DNA of 32,496 nucleotides. Source: a virus (taxonomy: Duplodnaviria; Caudoviricetes). Shown one piece after another: positions 27,656 to 32,496 of this stretch. Location of the stretch: IMG/VR virus record IMGVR_UViG_3300025102_000139, positions 1-32,496 of that record, one strand, 5' to 3'. The translations under genes were made by a program, and so were the position numbers. The number at the start of each line of letters is the position of its first letter. The first letter of the stretch is position 1. Under the pieces are notes generated by a model. The model did no database searches and had not been told where the DNA came from. It saw only the letters and a program-made list of their open reading frames with translations.

Positions 27656-28202
27656 GGTTCATCTTACGACGAACTTGACGCATAGGGCGGATACCAGCCT
27701 GACGACGAGCAGTTGCTTCCATGTTGTCCACAGTGCGATCAGCAAATCCACCTTGACCTTCCGACATACGGAGTTCAGAAATCTCCCCCAGTTCGGCCTG
27801 CAAGGCTTTTTCACGGGCGGCAATGTCATCGTCAATAGTTCCGGGAGCAGGACGGAGAGCTTCTTCGTAAAGCTCATCGACAGCCCCTGACGGTTCAAAT
27901 GATTGACCTTCCGGCTGTACGCGTTCTTCCAGACGGATGGGATCTCGGTCCATACCAAGTTCTTCCATCTCACCTTGGAGGTGTTCTTCCAAACGAGCAT
28001 CACGATCTGCTTCCCTACCACCAAACAACTCGCGTTCGATTGCAGCGTGAGCAGTAGTTCCGGGATTCGCAAATGTCATTTGACCAGACGGCCCCATAAC
28101 TTGAATCACACCATTGTTCATGGGGCGATACGAGTAACCACCTTCGCCCTTAACAAAGCCTTCGCGCTCTCCAGCGCCCATTCCTGACATATCTAGCATC
28201 AT
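27648..28202 (-). CDS. Hypothetical acidic protein with N-terminal GGYSY domain
   Basis: 184 aa, overlaps the upstream stop; residues 18-61 align with 20054..21271. Confidence 0.75.
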   Translation of the reverse strand: MMLDMSGMGAGEREGFVKGEGGYSYRPMNNGVIQVMGPSGQMTFANPGTTAHAAIERELFGGREADRDARLEEHLQGEMEELGMDRDPIRLEERVQPEGQSFEPSGAVDELYEEALRPAPGTIDDDIAAREKALQAELGEISELRMSEGQGGFADRTVDNMEATARRQAGIRPMRQVRRKMNRD

Positions 28203-28621
28203 TTTTTACTCTCCAGTGCGATAGGTTCAGCCTCGACGACCTCCTCCGCGTTGAAATAATCACCACGAAGTTTTTTGGTTTCGCGTTTAACTTGTACTAG
28301 TGCAGTAACAATATCCGAGTAAGTGTCTTGAGGCGAGTCTGAAACAGTGTTCTTCGTAGCAATGATGTTAAAGTTCATCTCATGCCACGCCCGGAGTTCT
28401 TTGGCGATGGCGGGCGTGATGCGTCCCTCCATCAAAGCAGCCATGATTTTGCATCCAAATGAGACAAGGTCATCGTAGGTCTCAACGGCGTGGTTGGCGA
28501 TGAACTCCGCTACTTCGCGGCGTTTATCCTTGGGAACCAGCATAAGCCATTGGGCGTAATCACCGCCACCGCCTTCTGCCGGTCGGCCTCTGCCTTGAGT
28601 GCTACGGGTTCGATTCGACAT
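28199..28621 (-). CDS. Hypothetical protein, possible terminase small subunit
   Basis: 140 aa helical, GRGRP N-terminus, AGGAG RBS, first gene after a candidate promoter; TerS call from size and synteny only. Confidence 0.5.
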   Translation of the reverse strand: MSNRTRSTQGRGRPAEGGGGDYAQWLMLVPKDKRREVAEFIANHAVETYDDLVSFGCKIMAALMEGRITPAIAKELRAWHEMNFNIIATKNTVSDSPQDTYSDIVTALVQVKRETKKLRGDYFNAEEVVEAEPIALESKK

Positions 28622-28638
28622 AGGCGGACTCCTGTTTG

Positions 28639-28667
28639 GGTATAAGGTAATGGTATAATAACGTCAA
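28639..28667 (-). promoter_or_regulatory. Candidate promoter of the packaging/structural operon
   Basis: TTGACG (28667-28662), 17-bp spacer, TATACC (28644-28639) in an AT-rich intergenic gap. Confidence 0.5.
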
Positions 28668-28669
28668 GA

Positions 28670-31168
28670 CTACGCCTCGCCCCACCCAAGCTTCTCCGAA
28701 ATACGCTCTGCGGGAGACGCTGGTCGAGCCTCAAAACGCTGCAAAGTGATTCCTTTCCAAACTCGGGCTGACTTGCGTTGGCCGTTAACCTTGACCTTAA
28801 TGACGGTAGACTTGTAGTCGCGCTCAGATAGCTGACGGCAGAAGAGCGAGTAGCTCTGGGGACGCTGCTTCATGTCCTCGCACCATTCGGCGTAGTCGAG
28901 GTAAAGCTGTTTTTTGGGGATGGTTGCTTCCGAATGGATTGAGCAGCGATCCTCCATATACTCGGACAAAACGTCCATTTCCTCACGGTACTCGTTCGTA
29001 GCGAGCCTAACTTTATCAGGGGGCTGCAGTCCTTTTTTCTGCCACGCCAAGCAGCCTGCGACGAGCTTGTTGAGAATGCCCGGTGCTTCCTTCTTGAGCT
29101 TCTCAATCAGGAAAGGGTCTTTCTTGGCGGAGGACACTTTCCGGTGCCAAGGGATGCGAATCACACGCCGCCAGATGCCCTCGTCGTTGCCCTTAATGAT
29201 TGGGCGGTGGTTTGCCGCGATGCACAGCTTGTGGGAGGGCATGAACTGGTAGAAGTCCTGACGCATCCGCCGCGCTCGGATGGGGTCGCTGCCCGTAAGC
29301 TGCTTGATGAGCGCCTCGGCAAATGGCTTGCCCTTCTCTACCTCCGCGTTAGCCACAAAGCGGGCACCTTGAAGGTCAGCGACCTCCGTAGGATGGGACT
29401 CGTTGTGCTTTGACATCAATAGGCCCGGTGCGCCTTGAATAGCGTAGTCTCCCAAAACGTGCATTAAAACTAGCAAAGCGGTTGTTTTGCCGTTTCCACC
29501 TGTCCCCTCCATGAAGAGAAGAACTTGCTCAGTGACCAGACCCGTAAGGCAATAGCCGAAGAAACGATGGAGGAACTCGACGACTTCCTCATCCTCCTCC
29601 ATCGCATACATAATGAACTCGTCCCACAAGGGGCATTTAGCGGACACGTCCCATTTGACTGGGCTGATTTTAGTAATGAGGTCGGTCCTGTCGTGTTCAG
29701 AGAGCTTCCCTGTCCGAAGGTCTAGGGTTCCGTTTGCCACGTTAAACAGCCATGGGTCCGCATCTAGGCGGTCTGAGGCGATGCAGACGTCTGCTTCAGT
29801 TGACGCCACGGACACCATCGCGTTAAGCGAGCGGGAACTTTCACTGCGAAGTGCGTGGCGCTGAATAGCGCGCTGCCTCTGGCGATTGGTCTCGGCGCTA
29901 GCCTCCGAAAAGATCAAACCGACCGCCGACTTTGCACAGCGTTGGATGGCCCCGTCAGTATCAACCCGCCACCTAGTGTCGTCGAAGAGATACCATGCGT
30001 TGTGAGTCGCCGAGTAACGTATACTAGTCCCGAAGGCGTAGAGCAGACGTTTCGCGTTCCCGAGATCCGTAAGGTTAAAGTTGCCCGAAGACGACGGGGA
30101 CAAATCTCCTTGATGGTCGTCGTCCCCACCACCGCCAAACTCCTCGCCCGCAAGCTCTTGCAGCGTTTGCCAGCCGGTGCCGTTGCCATCTTCGTCTTTC
30201 TGATGTCCTTTGCAGTTCTTGTGCAGGCACCCAGCGACAATAGCCCCGCTGTTGAACTGGAGAACGTAAGCACTACGGTCGGTGTGGTCGGGATTCCAAG
30301 GGCAAACGTCGAACACCCACTTACGACCCTTGTCTTGCCAAGGAACAAAACTTCCGGCTGAGGGAAAATGTGTTCCCATCCATGTCGTAAGCGCCTCGCG
30401 GTCCTCGGGGGCCAGCACATCCCGCTTATTCTCCTTAGGAGAATCAGCCAGTAGCTCTTGCAGTTGCTGCTGCTGTACTACTTTTTTTGGCAAATCTTTG
30501 GAAATCAGGTGCGAAACGCGCCATGGCCGCTCCTCGCTATTTTCACCCTTCCGTGAAAGTGTGCCATAAACCTTCCATATGCGCGAAGGGTTGTATACGG
30601 TCTGGTCTACGACTGCGAGCGCGTCTCGGCTAAAGCGGAACGAGAGGTACTCAAGGATTTCGCGGTGAAGCTCTGGTGTAAGGCCCTCGACTTCGTACAT
30701 CAGGTGGTAGCCGTTGCCCGAGTCGCCGAAAAGTGGCTCCGGCCAACCTTGGGACTCTAGGAAAGCCCTGACTTTGCCGATGACTATGAGGGCGTTCTCT
30801 TTCTCACGGGCGTTGCTGGAGGTGTTGACGGGTCGAGACGGGTCAACGTCAACCAGAAGCCAGCGAACCTCTTCCACATCGGTGTCTTTGGCGGAAGAAC
30901 CACGGCGCGCGACCCCAATGTTGTTGCGCTGATTCGCAGAAATGTCGGTTCTGAGGGGGTTTGGCGTGAAGTAGACACCTCTAGCCCCTTCTTTGACGAG
31001 ATGTGCTGCCGCTTCTGCCAACATGCCGACGTCATCATAGAATCCGCTGATGGTCCGCAGGCCGTTGTCCACGGGAACGCCTAGAGCGCGAAGCTCAACT
31101 ACCTGTCCCGGACGCAAGATCATTTCAAGGCCCTTCTTGATGCGGGCCTCGCTCGTTTGGATCGTCAT
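28670..31168 (-). CDS. Primase-helicase (AEP-type primase, Zn-binding domain, D5_N, SF3 helicase; P4/D5 family)
   Basis: AEP motifs LLVDVD, DSGNGYHL, D..VYNPSRI; CPW..DH...CLHKNC; TDLGNAKRL; Walker A GTGGNGKTT, Walker B FVANAE, IKQLTGSD, GIWRR. Confidence 0.93.
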   Translation of the reverse strand: MTIQTSEARIKKGLEMILRPGQVVELRALGVPVDNGLRTISGFYDDVGMLAEAAAHLVKEGARGVYFTPNPLRTDISANQRNNIGVARRGSSAKDTDVEEVRWLLVDVDPSRPVNTSSNAREKENALIVIGKVRAFLESQGWPEPLFGDSGNGYHLMYEVEGLTPELHREILEYLSFRFSRDALAVVDQTVYNPSRIWKVYGTLSRKGENSEERPWRVSHLISKDLPKKVVQQQQLQELLADSPKENKRDVLAPEDREALTTWMGTHFPSAGSFVPWQDKGRKWVFDVCPWNPDHTDRSAYVLQFNSGAIVAGCLHKNCKGHQKDEDGNGTGWQTLQELAGEEFGGGGDDDHQGDLSPSSSGNFNLTDLGNAKRLLYAFGTSIRYSATHNAWYLFDDTRWRVDTDGAIQRCAKSAVGLIFSEASAETNRQRQRAIQRHALRSESSRSLNAMVSVASTEADVCIASDRLDADPWLFNVANGTLDLRTGKLSEHDRTDLITKISPVKWDVSAKCPLWDEFIMYAMEEDEEVVEFLHRFFGYCLTGLVTEQVLLFMEGTGGNGKTTALLVLMHVLGDYAIQGAPGLLMSKHNESHPTEVADLQGARFVANAEVEKGKPFAEALIKQLTGSDPIRARRMRQDFYQFMPSHKLCIAANHRPIIKGNDEGIWRRVIRIPWHRKVSSAKKDPFLIEKLKKEAPGILNKLVAGCLAWQKKGLQPPDKVRLATNEYREEMDVLSEYMEDRCSIHSEATIPKKQLYLDYAEWCEDMKQRPQSYSLFCRQLSERDYKSTVIKVKVNGQRKSARVWKGITLQRFEARPASPAERISEKLGWGEA

Positions 31169-31176
31169 TTGTCCCC

Positions 31177-31401
31177 CTAGAACAGCGATTCGGCGCTTTG
31201 AATCTGCTCAAACTCGTCATCGTCAAACTTCGTGTTGCGGAGAAGCTCTGTGATGGCCAACTCCGGTATCCTAAGTTGACGGCCAACGCGATATGCGCGC
31301 AAATCTTTCTTGCGGACCAACCGCTGCACTGTTCTGGGACTAACCTTGAGCCTCTCCGCGACTTCGCGCACAGAAAGAAGCACATTTGATACGTTATTCA
31401 T
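31177..31401 (-). CDS. Excisionase-like HTH DNA-binding protein (HTH_17/MerR-like)
   Basis: Start at ATG 31401 (GGAGGTG RBS); LLSVREVAERLKVSPRTVQRLV...LRAYRVGRQLRIP. Confidence 0.9.
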   Translation of the reverse strand: MNNVSNVLLSVREVAERLKVSPRTVQRLVRKKDLRAYRVGRQLRIPELAITELLRNTKFDDDEFEQIQSAESLF

Positions 31402-31418
31402 CTCACCTCCGTAGGTCT

Positions 31419-31447
31419 TAAGTAACACAAGCGACTGAAGGGTGCAA
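31419..31447 (-). promoter_or_regulatory. Candidate promoter of the HTH/primase operon
   Basis: TTGCAC (31447-31442), 17-bp spacer ending TGt, TACTTA (31424-31419), just upstream of the RBS. Confidence 0.45.
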
Positions 31448-31481
31448 GTACGTCTTTTCGCGCCAGAGACGACAAATAGAA

Positions 31482-31758
31482 GTGACTACGCTGTCTACGT
31501 TTTGCCGTAGACGGGTAAACCGCCCATAGAAGCCCGAGAACCGTTTGCTGTCTACACTGTCTACGCTTTTTTCCCTATTATCAGCTCTCCAGCGTATAAA
31601 GGGGTACTAGGGGTAGGGGTGTATGTTTTAATAGACGTAATGCTTTATATGTAGGGTGTAGACACCGTAGACACCGTAGACACTAAGAAAAACAAAGGAA
31701 CAACCTACGCTATTTTGTCTACACCTTGTTGGGCTAAAGTGTAGACACCCGTAGACAA
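31482..31758. repeat. Iteron array (YGTAGAC x10), probable replication origin
   Basis: GTCTAC at 31493, 31550, 31559, 31717; GTAGAC at 31507, 31658, 31667, 31676, 31741, 31751; near copy at 31484; 9-10 bp spacing within clusters; arranged around an AT-rich core. Confidence 0.85.
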
Positions 31759-31919
31759 ACACGAAAATACGCAAATTTGCTGTCATGTTGAGGCAGTAAC
31801 CCAGAAATAAAGAAACCGAACCGAAAACCGGGGATGCTTTTGCGGTTTGAAAGACAACTTCATGTGACACCTTAAGGGCTGACGTGACGTGCCCACCTCT
31901 CGACACAGCCTAGCTATCG

Positions 31920-31933
31920 GTTGACGCGTCAAC
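31920..31933. promoter_or_regulatory. Perfect 14-bp palindrome, candidate operator
   Basis: GTTGACGCGTCAAC; half-site TTGACGC recurs at 32033 and 32051. Confidence 0.5.
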
Positions 31934-32021
31934 AAAGGGTACACCGTCACGAGGGGTCGTGTCGTGGCGTGGTCGTGTGGTCGTGCGCCGGGTCTGGCCG
32001 GACTCACCCCCCGATATTGGT

Positions 32022-32057
32022 GTCCCAATATTTTGACGCGTCCGAATATTTTGACGC
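32022..32057. repeat. 18-bp tandem direct repeat (2 copies, 1 mismatch)
   Basis: GTCCCAATATTTTGACGC then GTCCGAATATTTTGACGC. Confidence 0.85.
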
Positions 32058-32496
32058 CGGGTGTTCCAGATCTGGACATGCCCTTATTTGGCGCTGTAGT
32101 GCCCCTGTGAGGCGTCCGAGGGTCGACCCTATACCCTAGCCCTAGGGGACGCCTAGAACAGTTATCCAGTTTTAACCTTGGTTTTCGGCCGATTTCAAGA
32201 AAGATCGAATATCTGCGATCTCCCCCTTGACTGTGGGTACGGAATATGCGAAGCTTGTGGTGTAGGATGAACCTGCAACACCACGCGAGAAGGACAAAAG
32301 AACATGAGTACGCAATTTGAAAGGATCCAAGCTGTACCCGGACAAGAGTATCTAGGCACCCGCGCAGTCGTATGGCGCGACCGATACACCGATCAACACA
32401 TAGTTGCGCCACCGGTCTACACGGCGCGAGATCTGGCGGAGGACTGCCCGGGGATATGCTACACTTGCGATCTTGAGGATGCGCTAGCTACGGCAC

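Larger units (their letters stand above)
1..32496 (-). mobile_element. Tailed dsDNA bacteriophage genome segment (podovirus-like), replication, packaging and structural modules
   Basis: Co-oriented, tightly coupled genes for primase-helicase, TerL, portal, scaffold, capsid, adaptor and nozzle. No host housekeeping genes, integrase or att site seen, so prophage versus free phage cannot be decided. Confidence 0.95.

Noticed and set aside
27659-28072. 137-aa same-strand overlapping ORF (also 11423..11920, 29914..30420)
   Set aside because: Alternate-frame ORFs inside better-supported genes; no motif or coupling evidence for overprinting.
1-31401. Stop-codon reassignment
   Set aside because: Genes tile densely under the standard code, and TAA, TAG and TGA all end genes at coupled junctions.
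31177-31401. Evidence of an integrated prophage from the Xis-like gene
   Set aside because: HTH_17 proteins are often plain regulators; no integrase, att site or host gene in the window.
31482-31758. CRISPR array or mini-array
   Set aside because: Repeats are 7-9 bp, in both orientations and irregularly spaced; no cas genes.
31628-31906. 92-aa ORF with VYGVYGVY
   Set aside because: The peptide repeat is just the 9-bp iteron period read in frame; it lies over the probable origin.
32100-32160. tRNA or hammerhead ribozyme
   Set aside because: No T-loop or anticodon-arm geometry, and no CUGAnGA/GAAA core seen.
31783-32412. 209-aa ORF and nested ORFs 31921..32139 and 32195..32389
   Set aside because: Atypical composition, no motifs, and overlap with the palindrome/repeat tract; probably non-coding.

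Overview
The whole window is a piece of an uncharacterised tailed dsDNA phage genome (about 54% GC by eye). It looks podovirus-like: I see no tape measure, tail tube or sheath gene. Every credible gene is on the minus strand and most are translationally coupled (TAATG, ATGA or TGATG overlaps). In transcription order (right to left) it holds: a non-coding control region with a mirror-symmetric YGTAGAC iteron array (probable replication origin) and many palindromes; an Xis-like HTH protein; an AEP/SF3 (P4/D5-type) primase-helicase; a possible TerS; an HNH endonuclease and small basic proteins; TerL; a fibre-like protein and three helical, ejection-like proteins; the portal; a cluster of acidic and basic micro-proteins, two of them missing from the ORF track; scaffold, major capsid and decoration proteins; head-tail adaptor and nozzle; two fibre-like proteins; a 2035-aa internal virion protein; a holin/XhlA-like protein; and a glycine-zipper ejection protein. 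Most notable: (1) the scaffold C-terminal helix motif R-x-x-[AV]-A-[RK]-x-A-[LM] recurs in four otherwise unrelated proteins, a candidate capsid cargo-loading tag; (2) the iteron origin; (3) an unannotated cationic amphipathic 35-aa peptide; (4) a 44-aa domain shared by two unrelated proteins. All family calls come from motif recognition by eye; no database searches were run.
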